NCBI GenBank assembly: GCA_964016885.1
Contig: OZ024745.1
Coordinates: 85,932,001-85,996,000 of the forward strand
Direction of reading: 5' to 3'
Source of the DNA: Eledone cirrhosa
Lineage: Eukaryota
DNA: 64,000 nucleotides
The position numbers and the translations under genes were made by a program. The first letter of the stretch is position 1, and the number at the start of each line of letters is the position of its first letter. The notes under the pieces are model-generated. The model saw only the letters and a program-made list of their open reading frames with translations. It was not told where the DNA came from and made no database searches. Positions 1 to 12,772 of this stretch are shown in pieces.

Positions 1-426
1 ATATATATATTATAGATATATATATATATTATATATATATATATATTATATATATTATAGATATATATATATATATTATATATATATAATATATATATAT
101 ATTATAGATATATATATATATTATATATATATATATAATATATACATAAATTATAGATATATATATATTATATATATATATATATAATATATATATATAT
201 ATTATAGATATATATATATATATATAATATATATATATATTATATATATATATATATATATATTACATTTATATATTATATATTATATATATTATATATT
301 ATATATATTATATATTATATATATTATATAATATATATTATATATATTATATATTATATATTATATATATTATATAATATATATTATATATATATGTTAT
401 ATATATATTATATATTATATATATAT

Positions 427-521
<95 letters not shown>

Positions 522-558
522 ATATTATATATATATTATATATATATTATATATTATA

Positions 559-597
<39 letters not shown>

Positions 598-758
598 TTA
601 TATATAAATTATATATATATATATATTATATATATATATATATTATATATATATATATGATATATATATTATATATATATATATTATATATATATTTATA
701 TTGTATATATATATATATATTATATATATATATATTATATATATATATATATGTTATA

Positions 759-796
<38 letters not shown>

Positions 797-820
797 ACAT
801 ATATATATATATATTATAGA
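1..820. repeat. Irregular (TA)n / T(TA)n microsatellite array
   Basis: TA runs broken mostly by TT steps, with local higher-order periodicity (alternating ATATATT/ATATATATT at ~270-390). Confidence 0.95.
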
Positions 821-1005
821 TATGGGAAGAGATATATTAGATATGTCTCATTTGAAATAATACAGCCAATTTTCCACGCAATACTTTTAGTTAGCACCCC
901 GAACACATAATTGGGAATATAATCACTTATTTATTTCCTAATATTTGTTGATTGAGTTGGAATTTGGCCGGAGTATCGCTAAAAAGCTTTCTCCGATATT
1001 GTATT
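821..1005 (+). repeat. Diverged relative of the 997-bp repeat family (family L)
   Basis: Shares motifs (aaataatacagc..ttttccac..gttagcacccc.aacac..tttgttga.tgag..tattgtatt) with 63840-64000 and the reverse complement of 42275-42470. Confidence 0.6.
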
Positions 1006-1095
1006 TATATATTATAGATATATATATATTATATATATATATATATTACATACATATATATATATTATATATATATTTATTATATATATATATAT

Positions 1096-1147
<52 letters not shown>

Positions 1148-1260
1148 AACGGAAAAAATATAACGAAATTTCATTTCCACTCTTAGTACGGTTGTTACTT
1201 AAATATAAGTATGTATGCGTACATACATATATGAATACAGACGTACAGTTGTATGTATAT
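1148..1260 (-). mobile_element. Fragment of ~460-bp retrozyme-like family D
   Basis: Reverse complement of part of the unit at 2490-2600 (gtactaagagtg..aaatgaaatttcgtt). Confidence 0.8.
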
Positions 1261-1379
1261 ATATATATATATATATAGTATTAAGGGACTATTTTGAGAC
1301 ACAATTTAATAGTTAGTAATAGAAACCACTGAGTTACCTCCCCTCATGCATTAACTCCCCTTAGTCACACACACACACT

Positions 1380-2090
1380 TCCGGAAAATATTTCGATGTC
1401 GATTCTCGCAACGTAACAACCTGCTGTATTGAGCTAAAGACCAACAGACTACGATTCTCTAACAGGGTCGTCAAACGGCCAATATCGAATCGTCGTGGAT
1501 TATGTGAGGGGCATATAATCTGAAAAATACGCTCCCCGGACTGTGAAAATGTTGCTGTGCATGAAATCCATATCATCGCTTTGCTACGCATTTCCAATAT
1601 TTGTAATGCTTATATTATTTCTCCACGCACAGGCTATAACAATCATATAAAGAATTCATTACCAGTTCAACCCCCTTAACACTCTTGATCACCTGTTTAA
1701 GTGCTTCCATTACATGTAACACTCTGCCACACTATAGCATTATATAAACAAGACGCACGTGCTTGCCACACGTGTAACTATTGCACTCAATAACCGCTTA
1801 TGACCATCCTATCGCATTAATTTTCATGTTGTATTTTAACCTGTATTTATGATTTTATCTTTTAATATGAATGTAATCTCTAAATGTGTACTGCCACACT
1901 AAATGCTGTAATGGATGTTGAACCACCAAGCAACAATATTTGCATATGTATCTGTATGTCTCTTGTGCTGAAAAAGGAGGTCATACAAGTGTTCATTCAT
2001 TAATAAATTGCTCCGAAGAATCCAAACCGAGGTTTGGAGGAAACAGTTGTAAGCATAAAACTGTTTTGAACAGTTCTTTGATTCATATAA

Positions 2091-2093
<3 letters not shown>
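1380..2093 (+). mobile_element. Non-coding PLE-type 3' end carrying a hammerhead
   Basis: Unique sequence between microsatellites with an HHR ~40 nt before the junction to (TA)n; no convincing ORF. Confidence 0.55.
2009..2055 (+). ncRNA. Type I hammerhead ribozyme, U4C core variant
   Basis: tgct-CCGAAGA-a tccaaac cgag gtttgga g-GAAA-cagttg-TA-agca. Confidence 0.65.
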
Positions 2094-2170
<77 letters not shown>

Positions 2171-2442
2171 TACATGCACACACATATATATATATATATA
2201 TATATGTACATATGGATTCACCGAACACTTATTATAATGCTCGGTGTGTTTACAAACAAACATCCGGAATTAAGCCGTACAGTGTCTAGCAACCATCGTT
2301 GCTCATTTGTTCAACACTGACACAGGAACGCTGTACTAGTTTCAAGCTTATTAGCTTAATTCGGGACGTTTGTTTACAAACACACCGAGCATTATAATAA
2401 ATGTTCGGTGAATCCATACGTACATTTATATATGTGTGCATG

Positions 2443-2489
<47 letters not shown>

Positions 2490-2714
2490 TACTGTACGTC
2501 TGTATACATATATGTATATACGTATACATACTTATATTTAAGTAACAGCCGTACTAAGAGTGAGAAATGAAATTTAGTTTCATTTTTTCCGTTTATCGTT
2601 TTCGGTACCCCGGCCGATTAACTCATTCGATATGCAAATTAGGCTGCTCAGCCGTTAATATGCATAAGGAAAGTATATGCTTTCAGACGTTCAACCATCT
2701 GGCAGGAAGGTATA

Positions 2715-2755
2715 CGTTGCTGACGATAGCTAATAAGCTTGAAACTAGTACAGCG
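2715..2755 (+). ncRNA. Minimal type I hammerhead ribozyme (family D1)
   Basis: cgttg-CTGACGA-t agct aata agct t-GAAA-ctag-TA-cagcg; palindromic stem III ACTAGT. Confidence 0.9.
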
Positions 2756-2887
2756 TTCCTTTGTCAGTGTTGAACAAATGAGCAACGATGGTTGATAGAC
2801 ACTGTACGGCTTAATTCGGGATATTTGGTTACAAACACACTGAACATTATAATAAATGTTCGGTGAATCCATACGTACATACATATA

Positions 2888-2943
<56 letters not shown>

Positions 2944-3168
2944 CTAGTGTAGGTCTGTATACATATATGTATGTACGTATACATACTTATATTTAAGTAA
3001 CAGCCGTACTAAGAGTGAGAAATGAAATTTCGTTTCATTTTTCCGTTTATCGTTTTCGGTACCCCCGCCGATTAACTCACTCAATATGCAAATTAGGCTG
3101 CTCATGCGTTAATATGCATAAGGAAAGTATATACTTTCAGATGTTCAACCATCTGGCAGGAAGGTATA

Positions 3169-3209
3169 CGTTGCTGACGATAGCTAATAAGCTTGAAAGT
3201 ATTACAGCG
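3169..3209 (+). ncRNA. Minimal hammerhead (family D1, second unit)
   Basis: Same fold; loop III is gtat instead of ctag, so the palindrome is lost. Confidence 0.75.
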
Positions 3210-3530
3210 TTCCTTTGTCAGTGTTGAACAAATGAGCAACGATGGTTGCTAGACACTGTACGGCTTAATTCGGGATGTTTGTTTACAAACACAGCGAGCA
3301 TTATAATAAATGTTCGGTGAATCCATACGTACATATATATATGTGTGCATGTATGTATATAAATATACATACTACTGTACGTCTTTATACATATATGTAT
3401 GTACGTATACATACTTATATATAAATTATGTATATATATATTATATATATATATTATATATATATATATTATATATATATATATTATAGCTATATATATA
3501 TTATATATATATATATATTATATATATATA

Positions 3531-3601
<71 letters not shown>

Positions 3602-3604
<3 letters not shown>

Positions 3605-3657
3605 GTAATAATAATAAATTTGAAGATTAAAATCCAAAGAGGGCTCGATAAGGATAT
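3602..3657 (-). mobile_element. Short pLTR fragment of PLE family C
   Basis: atagtaataataataaatttgaagattaaaatccaaagagggctcgataagg matches 19478-19532 and 61864-61915. Confidence 0.75.
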
Positions 3658-3855
3658 ATATATATATTATATATATATATGTATTATATATTATATATAT
3701 GTATATATATATTATATCTATATATATTATAAATATATATTTATATTATATATATATATATTATATATATACATATTATATATATATATATATTATATAT
3801 ATATTATATATATATACACATATTATATATATATATTTATTATATATATATATAT

Positions 3856-3887
<32 letters not shown>

Positions 3888-4201
3888 ATTATATATATAT
3901 ATAGATATATATATATTATATATATATTATATATATATTATATATATATTATATATATATATTATATATATATTATATATATATATTATACATATATTAT
4001 ATATATATATATTATGTATATATTATATATATATATTATATATATATTATATATATATATATATTATATATGCAAAAGTTCTATTTAAAATTGTTGGGAT
4101 ACAACAAGTAAATATTTTTATAACTGATATAAAGCACTCAACAAGTATTTGGAGTAGATATACGATATTAATAAATGAAAACTATTTATAAAACCATTTT
4201 T

Positions 4202-4264
4202 ATTTCATTATACATATTTCAGGGATACCAAATTAAATTATGGTATGGCTTCATCAGACAAAAT
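4202..4264 (-). ncRNA. Type I hammerhead ribozyme (family B)
   Basis: Reverse-complement copy of 5401-5463. Confidence 0.8.
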
Positions 4265-4865
4265 ACAATATATAACAGTTTTACAAATAAGCTTTGACGT
4301 AACCTTTTAAAATGCAACCATTATTTTTGGAAGCCATCCGGATAGTGAGTTGTTTATATTATTTTAATAAATCATAGTTTTAAGGACAATTAGAAAAAGA
4401 CGGAGAGATAGAAAAAGACGGAGAGAGAGAAAGAAAAAACGTGGAGAAATATCGGAGAGAGAGAAATGCATGGAGAAAAAAGAAAGAGATAAATAAAGAC
4501 AGGAGGAAAGAAAGAAAAAAAAGGAAGAAATAAGAAAAACAGAGGAAAGCAACAAAGAGATATTAAGTCATCAGACAGATAGAAAAACTCAAGAGAGAGA
4601 AATATTATATAGAGAGAGGGGGAGATAATGAAAACTTTGCGTCATGTCATATTAAGTTGAGTTAACAATTTATATGAAATGAATAATAAAAATATAAATA
4701 GTAATATTCATGAATGGGACATAAATATATAATATGAGAAATTAAACATTGTTTAATAATGACTATATGTTTAGTTTAAAACTTGAGATCAATATACCAA
4801 AATTTGGGTTTAATCATCCAAAATGTACACATTGCTAGAGAAATCAGTATCTTAGGCAAAGACAC

Positions 4866-4955
<90 letters not shown>

Positions 4956-5400
4956 GCACGTCCTGAAAATAGAAATTATATTTAATCAAGTCAACAATAT
5001 AGACAAACAAAACACAGACGATTTCTCTTAATCACTGCTATACATTCCTTGTGTTATAAAAAGTTCACAGTATATATACATAAATATATACGATTAACAT
5101 TCATGTCTTCATATATACGATTACCATTCATGCATTTAACATTCTGTTAAAATTATGCATATCTGCAATGAAAACTGCGTGGTTAGGCAACATATCTCTC
5201 ACCCACACACATACATATACATATATATATACATATATATGTATAAATAAATATTTGCGTGCGTCTTCCCGCATCGCTCATGTATACATACAGACATATA
5301 TACAATCATAAACAACTCACTATCCGGATGGCTTCCAAAAATAATGGTTGCATTTTAAAAGGGTACGTCAAAGCTTATTTGTAAAACTGTTATATATTGT

Positions 5401-5463
5401 ATTTTGTCTGATGAAGGCATACCATAATTTAATTTGGTATCCCTGAAATATGTATAATGAAAT
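5401..5463 (+). ncRNA. Type I hammerhead ribozyme (family B)
   Basis: attttgt-CTGATGA-aggcatacca..tggtatccct-GAAA-tatgta-TA-atgaaat. Confidence 0.85.
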
Positions 5464-5644
5464 AAATATGGTTTTATAAATATAGTTTCCATTTATTAAT
5501 ATCGTATATCTACTCCAAAAACTTGTCGAGTGCTTTATATCAGTTATAAAAATATTTACTTGTTGTATCCCAACAATTTTAAATAGAACTTTTGCATATA
5601 TTCTGCTCCTGTATTGTTGAGCGCTTTACATTATAACTGAAAAA

Positions 5645-5892
5645 ATGGAATTCTTTAAGATCTCTTCTTCTCTAAAAGGCATACCTCTACCTAGGAAGAA
5701 AGATTTTATTAAACAATTGATAGAAAAATCAGACTCTTTTATAAGAAGAATTAGGTGGCCTGCTTTCCACTTTGATAAATCTAATCTAAATGAAAATGTT
5801 TCAAATCTGGATAAAATTTTCAAATCTAAAAAAAATCCACCCCCCAACAAACTACTAATGGATTTTGAAAATGATATCGTATCTATCATCCT
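5645..5892 (+). pseudogene. N-terminal fragment of PLE RT-GIY-YIG ORF
   Basis: SLKGIPLP..FIRRIRWPAFHFDK..FKSKKNPP..FENDI aligns by eye with SLKNIPIP..FIRRVRWKAFHFDK..FKSCKNPP..FEQDL of the 51348 ORF; cut off by family A at 5893. Confidence 0.85.
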
Positions 5893-6665
5893 GAAACAAA
5901 ATGGCGTAGGACAGAACAAAGGAGAGGCACAGAAACAAAGAAAGGAATCCCCAGTCACTGAAGAGGTCACAGAGTGTGTGACGAAAGAACTATGACAATA
6001 TATAAACAACTATCTGGTTGTGGAACCAACCAACCAACCAGAAATTTATAAATTTATAAATTTATTATAAATTTATTATAATAAATTGAAGTGAAAGCAA
6101 CTGGTGCGTGTGTTTCTTATTGGCAACATGACCCTCCCAAAGTATAACAATATCGGTTTCAACACACGATTTCAGATAAAGAATCTTGCTAAACAAATTC
6201 AGAAACGAAATATCGTAAGCCTTAGCCAGGCTATAAGATACTGAAAACCACCATGTTCTGTTGTCTACGAAAAACCATAACATCTCGACACCTACACTTC
6301 ATAAAAGAATGTGCCTCGTCCCGAGTTTACACCAACACCATCAACACCGACGTAAGAAGATTACAACTCACCAAAAAACAAGCAGATAGGCTAAAACGAA
6401 CAAAAAAGACATCCGGAAACAAAATGGCGTAGGACAGAACAAAGGAGAGGCACAGAAACAAAGAAAGGAATCCCCAGTCACTGAAGAGGTCACAGAGTGT
6501 GTGACAAAAGAACTATGACAATATATAAACAACTATCTGGTTGTGGAACCAACCAACCAACCAGAAATTTATAAATTTATAAATTTATTATAAATTTATT
6601 ATAATAAATTGAAGTGAAAGCAACTGGTGCGTGTGTTTCTTATTGGCAACATGACCCTCCCAAAT
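5893..6665 (+). mobile_element. Mini-PLE family A, ~1.5 tandem 523-bp units
   Basis: gaaacaaaatggcgtagg at 5893 and 6416; HHR in each unit; residual mini-ORF at 6128-6432. Confidence 0.85.
5954..5996 (+). ncRNA. Minimal type I hammerhead (family A)
   Basis: gtca-CTGAAGA-g gtcac agagtgt gtgac-GAAA-gaac-TA-tgac; the copy at 6477-6519 has GAAA>AAAA. Confidence 0.85.
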
Positions 6666-6797
6666 TATATATATATATTATATATATATTATATATTATA
6701 TATAAATTATATATATATATATATTATATATATTATATATTATATATATATTATATATATATTATATCTCAGGTCAAATATATTATATATATATTAT

Positions 6798-6915
6798 ATC
6801 TGAGGTCAAATCCCGCCGAGGTTAACTTTGCCTTTCATCCTTACGGGGTCGATAAAATAAAGTACCAGTAATGAACTGGGAAATTGCTGGCCTTGTGCCA
6901 AAAAGTAGCAACAAT
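6798..6915 (+). mobile_element. 5'-truncated tRNA-derived SINE (Meta-domain-like core)
   Basis: B-box-like aggtcaaatccc followed by gcctttcatccttacggggtcgataaaataaagtaccag; same family as 41137-41323. Confidence 0.8.
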
Positions 6916-7235
6916 TATATATATATTATATATATATATATATTATATATATTATATATATATATTATATATATATAGCTTTCACCGTATTTTTGACTAA
7001 AGGAATTTTAGCTTGATCACGGGGTTTAGAACCCTCAGATAAATGGAAAAACTCATCTTTTCCATTTATCTGAGGGTTCTAAACCCCGTTATCAAGCTAA
7101 AATTCCTTTAGTGAAAAATACGGTGAAAGCTATATATTTTCTAATTTCAAACTCGCTCACTGTTTCAAAACATACTTACTTACCATTTAAACTCGCTAAG
7201 AATGTAGTTTCTAATTTGAATAGAAAGAGATGGGT

Positions 7236-7306
7236 GATGTGTTGGTGTAATGGGAGCACAGTGGTCGCGATAACCACAAATGTGGGTTCGACTCCCATGT
7301 ACGTCA
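7236..7306 (+). tRNA. tRNA-like cloverleaf (non-canonical; nominal anticodon CGA)
   Basis: Acceptor gatgtgt/gtacgtc, D arm gtg-taatgggag-cac, anticodon arm gtggt-cgcgata-accac, T arm gtggg-ttcgact-cccat; A and B boxes present. G33, U37 and no long variable arm argue against a decoding tRNA-Ser. Confidence 0.75.
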
Positions 7307-7313
7307 ATACTCA

Positions 7314-7320
7314 TTTTTTT
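7314..7320 (+). terminator. Putative Pol III terminator (T7)
   Basis: Seven T starting 8 nt after the cloverleaf. Confidence 0.55.
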
Positions 7321-7445
7321 CCATTTATCTGAGGGTTCGAAACCCCGTTATCAAGCTAAAATTCCTTTAGTCAAAAATACGGTAAAAGCTATATATTTTC
7401 TAATTTCAAACTCACTCACTGTTTCAAAACATACTTACTTGCCAT

Positions 7446-7478
<33 letters not shown>

Positions 7479-7636
7479 ATATATATATATATTATATATA
7501 TATATATATTATATATATATTATATATATATATATATGTATATTATAGATTTATATATATATATATTATATATATATATATAAATATTATATATATATAT
7601 TATATATATATATTATATATATATTATATATTATAT

Positions 7637-7676
<40 letters not shown>

Positions 7677-7701
7677 TATATATAATATATATATATATAT
7701 A

Positions 7702-7885
7702 GAGATTGGCAGTATCGGTAGAGAGTCGGACGCCATGCTTTGAAGCATAGAGTTACCTCCCTTTATGATCTGAGTTCAAATCCCGCCGCGGTTAACTTTG
7801 CCTTTCATCCTTACGGGGTCGATAAAATAAAGTACCAGTAATGTACTGGGTATTTGCTGGCCTTGTGCCTAAAGTAGAAACAATT
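7702..7885 (+). mobile_element. tRNA-derived SINE, near full length
   Basis: A box tggcagtatcgg, B box gagttcaaatccc, Meta-like core, tail aaagtagaaacaat running into T(TA)n. Confidence 0.8.
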
Positions 7886-8005
7886 ATATATATATTATAT
7901 ATTATATATAAATTATATATATATATATTATATATATTATATATTATATATATATTATATATAAATATATATTATATATATATATTATATATATATATTA
8001 TATAT

Positions 8006-8145
8006 AATATGTTGAGAAGGTAACACACCAGACTGGTGTGTTACCTTCTCAACATATTATATTTTAAAGGGCTCAGGATCTCTTCCCCTTTGAGCACATT
8101 ATTTACAGGAAATAACGACGGCCTATGCCTCCGTTAATTTATCGT
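8006..8145. mobile_element. Short fold-back insertion with a perfect 26-bp inverted repeat
   Basis: aatatgttgagaaggtaacacaccag-a-ctggtgtgttaccttctcaacatatt, then ~85 bp of unique sequence; flanked by TA. Confidence 0.6.
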
Positions 8146-8544
8146 GATATATATTATATATATATATATTATATATATATATTATATATATATATTATGT
8201 ATATATATATATATTATATATAAACATATATATATATATATATTTATTATATATATATTATATATATATTTATATTATATATATATATATTATATCTATT
8301 TATATATTATATATATATTATATATATATATATATTATATATATATATATATATTATATATATATATTATATATTATATATATAAATATATTATATATAT
8401 ATATATTATATATATATATATATTATATATATATTATATATATATTATATATATATTATATATATATATATTATATATATTATATATATTATATATATAT
8501 ATATTATATATATATATATAATATATATATTATATATATATATT

Positions 8545-8603
<59 letters not shown>

Positions 8604-8608
<5 letters not shown>

Positions 8609-10797
8609 TACTGATCTTATCGGCCTTTTCCTTCTTTTCTCTATCAAGGACGAATTCCCCAACGCGGACGGTGGTTTGTACCGTGACGAAGGTCTTTTGA
8701 CCATGACTAAGTGCGGACCTCGTGCTTGCGACAGGTTCAGAAAAGAACTCACAGCCTTCTTTAAAGGCTTCAACCTCTCTATACCGGTTGAGGCCAATCT
8801 TTCGGTCGTTATATACCTTGACGTTACCCTCAATTTATTGAATGGGTTGTATTACCCGTATAGAAAGCCGAATGATACGCTTAATTACATAAGTTAGCAT
8901 TCCAACCATCCTGCCAGCATAACCAAGAACCTGGTAAAAAACGTTTCGTTGAGGCTTTCCCGTCTTTCCACCAACGAGCGTATTGTCAACGACCATTCCA
9001 CTTATTACAATGAAGCTCTTGCTCGAAGTGGATTTGTCGATAAGGTAGCATATACAGAGTACGAAAATAGACCTAGAAGAAATAGATCCCGTCGCATTTG
9101 TTGGTATAACCCACCATATAATATGGAGGTGGCCACACCATTAGCTAAGATCTTTCTATCCCTTATTACGAAACATTTCCCCCCTACACATAAATATAGT
9201 AAAATTCTTAATAGAAATACTATTAAAATGTCTTACTCTACGACTCCTAACCTTTCATATAACATCACAGCTTCAAAATTAGCTAAACTACCTAGCCGTA
9301 GGAACACGTGTAACCCTTTAGTTAGTACTAACTGTAATTGTAGGAATCGCGTTAATTTCCCCCTATCCGGGAAATGCCTCTCTAGTAACATTGTCTACAA
9401 ATGTAAGGTTGCAACACCCACGTCCCGTAGGGCCTACATAGGGTTAACCGCCAATAGATTCAAGCTGCGTCTTTACACGCATACCCATTCTATTCGTTAC
9501 CCTCTAAGAAGGAATATGACGTCACTTTCAGCTTATATCTGGAGTCTAAAAGACAACCACACCCAATATAAGTTACACTGGGAGATTCCTAGCTAGGGCT
9601 AGATCGTATAACGGAAATAAAAGACCATGTGACCTCTGCGCCGCTGAGGCCCTGGAAATACTCTACGCCACAGCCCACATCTTAAACAAAAAATCTGAGG
9701 CAATTTCGGCTTGTAAGCATAAATTGCACAAAACTTTCCTGTATTACAGCCCCACGTTATACCCTAATGGATAGTACGATCTATACGTGGATATTTTACG
9801 TCTTGATGTGGGAGCTAAGTATATGTTTTGTTTATACCATTACATATTTGCATAGGTAAGTATATATTACCCGTATGTTTCGTGAAGGTACGTATACCTT
9901 CTCGTACGTATATTTGATTGTTTATGTTATGGCGTATAAAAACTCTTTTTTTTTATTCTGGTACATATGTGTATACGGGAGTTTTGCGTCTGTGTGAGTA
10001 TGCAGGTTCGTACGTATGTAGGGTGTGTGTATATGTGTACTTCATGTTTTGGTTGACTTACGGCTCCGAACATTCGTGTATTTACATGTAGGTATGTGTG
10101 TGCGCTTGTTATTTACGTATTTATTTATTTGTATACGTTTATATACGTTTATATACGTTTATATACGTTTATATACGTTTATTTGTATACACGCATACAC
10201 ACACACACATATTTATATGTGCGCGGTTTTGTATACCTATGGTAAGTGTTTTGCATATGCTTGTGTATGTACGTATTTGTTTGCGTGTATGTATTTATTT
10301 ATTTCTATTACTTCTGTATTGTATTTATTTACTTTGTTCTTAACTCCGTAGCGGAGATTCATTCGGTCTCCTAGTTAGAATTTTAGTCTACAACTTCTGC
10401 TATACCATTTACGTGGTTTAGTCTTTGCGTGCTATTGTTCTCCATGCTCCACATATGACGTATTATCTTCGTTTTTTTCGTCTATTGCCATCGAACGTCT
10501 CTATGAACCACCTAAGAGAACATTAGTCTACGACCTCTTTTATACCATAAACGTGGTTCTGTCTTTGCGCGTAATTGTTTTTCACCTTAATGACGTATCT
10601 TTTTCGTTTTTTCCCGTTCTTTGCCAGCGAACGTTTCCACGAACCAAAGTATCCTCTTCCTGTCTTCCTCCAGTTGCAACGTTTTTTGAAATATCCACTT
10701 CTGCGTTTACAGATTGACTTTGTTAGTTCCAGAAGATTCCGTTAAGGGTGAAAGCAACGATTCTATACTTAAACTTTAATCTGTTATTTTAATAAAT
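8604..10797 (+). mobile_element. 5'-truncated PLE (family C) with long 3'UTR/pLTR
   Basis: RT-GIY-YIG remnant, then UTR with TG/TA repeats and a ~140-bp tandem duplication (~10385-10650); the end matches 19638-19705. Confidence 0.9.
8608..9775 (+). pseudogene. PLE RT C-terminal half plus GIY-YIG endonuclease
   Basis: TDLIGL..GGLYRDEGL, YLDVTLNL, YPYRKPN, WYNPPY, CNC..PLSGKC, IVYKC, AYIGLT, CDLC, CKH; stops at ~8897 and ~9596. Confidence 0.9.
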
Positions 10798-11187
10798 ATA
10801 TATATATATATATTATATATATATTATATATATATTATATATATATTATATATTATATATATATATTATATATATATATATATTATATATATATTATATA
10901 TATATATATATTATATATATATATTATATATATATATTATATATATATATTATATATATATATATATTATATTTCTATATATATTATATCTATATATATA
11001 TTATATATATATAGATTATATATATATATATATATTATATATATATATATATTATATATTATATATATATATATAAAATATATATATATATATATTATAT
11101 ATGTATATATATATTATATATATATTATATATATATATATTATATATATAAATATATATTATATATATACATTATATATATATTATA

Positions 11188-11305
11188 TCTGAGGTCAAAT
11201 CCCGCCGAGGTTAACTTTGCCTTTCATCCTTACGGGGTCGATAAAATAAAGTACCAGTAATGCACTGGGTAATTGCTGGCCTTGTGCCAAAAAGTAGCAA
11301 CAATT
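11188..11305 (+). mobile_element. 5'-truncated SINE, near-identical to 6798-6915
   Basis: Same truncation point and same diagnostic variants (ctgaggtc, ccaaaaagtagc). Confidence 0.8.
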
Positions 11306-12017
11306 ATATATATATTATATATATATTATATATATATATATTATATATATATTATATATATATATTATATATATATATTATATATATATATTATATATAT
11401 ATATTATATATATATATTATATATATATATTATATATATATATTATATATATATATTATATATATATTATATATATATTATATATATATATATTATATAT
11501 ATATTATATATATATATAATATATATTTTATATATATTATATATATTATATATATATTATATATATATTATATATATATATATTTATATATATATTATAT
11601 ATATATATATATTATATATATCTATATATTATAGATATATATATTATTTATATATATATTATATATATATATTATATATATAGTATATATATATATATAT
11701 TATATATATTATATATATATTATATATATATATATATTATATATATATTATTTATATATATATATTATATATATATATATATATTATATATATATATATT
11801 ATATATATATTATATGTATATTATATATATATTATATATATATATTACATATATATATTATATATATATTATATGTATATATATTATAGATATATTGTAT
11901 ATATTATATATATATATTATATATTATATATATATATTATATATATATTATATATATTTATTATATATATATATATTATATATATATATTATATATATAT
12001 ATATATTATATTTATAT

Positions 12018-12070
<53 letters not shown>

Positions 12071-12222
12071 ATATTAGATATATATATATATTATATATAT
12101 TATATATATATATATTATATATATATGTATTATATATATATATTATATAAATATATATATGTTATATATATATATATATTATATATATATATATATATTG
12201 GTTATATATATATATATATATA

Positions 12223-12308
12223 TAGCTTATGGTTGGTTCCTCTCAAGGGCGGTGCCCCAGCATGGCCTCAGCCGGATGGCTGAAACAGGTAAAAGTGTAA
12301 AAGTGTAA
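12223..12308 (+). mobile_element. 3' tail of a second SINE/LINE family
   Basis: ggcggtgccccagcatggcctcagccggatggctgaaacaggt with hairpin tcagcc/ggctga and a short tandem tail (aaaagtgt)2. Confidence 0.6.
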
Positions 12309-12417
12309 TATTATAGATATATAGATATATTATATATATATATATTATATATATATATATATAAATATTATATATATATATTATATATATATATTATATA
12401 TATATTATATATTATAT

Positions 12418-12457
<40 letters not shown>

Positions 12458-12698
12458 TATATATTATATATATATTATATATACATATATATTATATATA
12501 TATATTATATATATATATAATATATATATATATTATATATATATATTATATATATATATAATATATATATATTAGGGTAAACATTGATGCAATTCCATTC
12601 AAGCACTCAACGTACTTTTTCCACATCGGAGTGACGGAGTAAATATCGAATAAGGAAAAGCGAAGTAGTTTCAGATGTTCAAGTCCTTTAATGTTAAT

Positions 12699-12772
12699 GC
12701 TGTGATATATATTTCAGTGACGATACTGGCCACACTGTTCTGTGTGCGAGTGTCGTGTATTCATCAGACAGC
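12699..12772 (-). ncRNA. Type I hammerhead ribozyme
   Basis: Reverse-complement counterpart of 13913-13986 with substitutions in stem II. Confidence 0.85.

Larger units (their letters stand above)
2166..3420 (+). mobile_element. Retrozyme-like family D1: inverted 5' arm plus ~2.3 tandem ~454-bp units
   Basis: 2166-2357 is the minus-strand partial unit; from ~2354 (gct microhomology) plus-strand tandem units follow, one HHR per unit, with internal (TA)n and no ORF. Confidence 0.85.
4070..5892. mobile_element. PLE family B: head-to-head pLTR/3'UTR pair; right arm runs into the ORF start
   Basis: 4070-4352 is the reverse complement of ~5314-5598; both arms carry the HHR; the right arm continues into a PLE N-terminus at 5645. 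Confidence 0.85.
6977..7445 (+). mobile_element. Mini-element family E: inverted arm plus ~1.5 units of 259 bp containing a tRNA-like cloverleaf
   Basis: 6977-7050 is inverted relative to 7058-7131; ccatttatctgagggtt recurs at 7062 and 7321; both outer ends fuse to (TA)n. Confidence 0.8.

Noticed and set aside
1281-1365. ttaaggg...cccttag as MITE/Kolobok-like termini
   Set aside because: Inverted match too short and single-copy in the window.
12572-12577. TTAGGG at an element end as telomeric signal
   Set aside because: Single hexamer; no telomeric array in the window.
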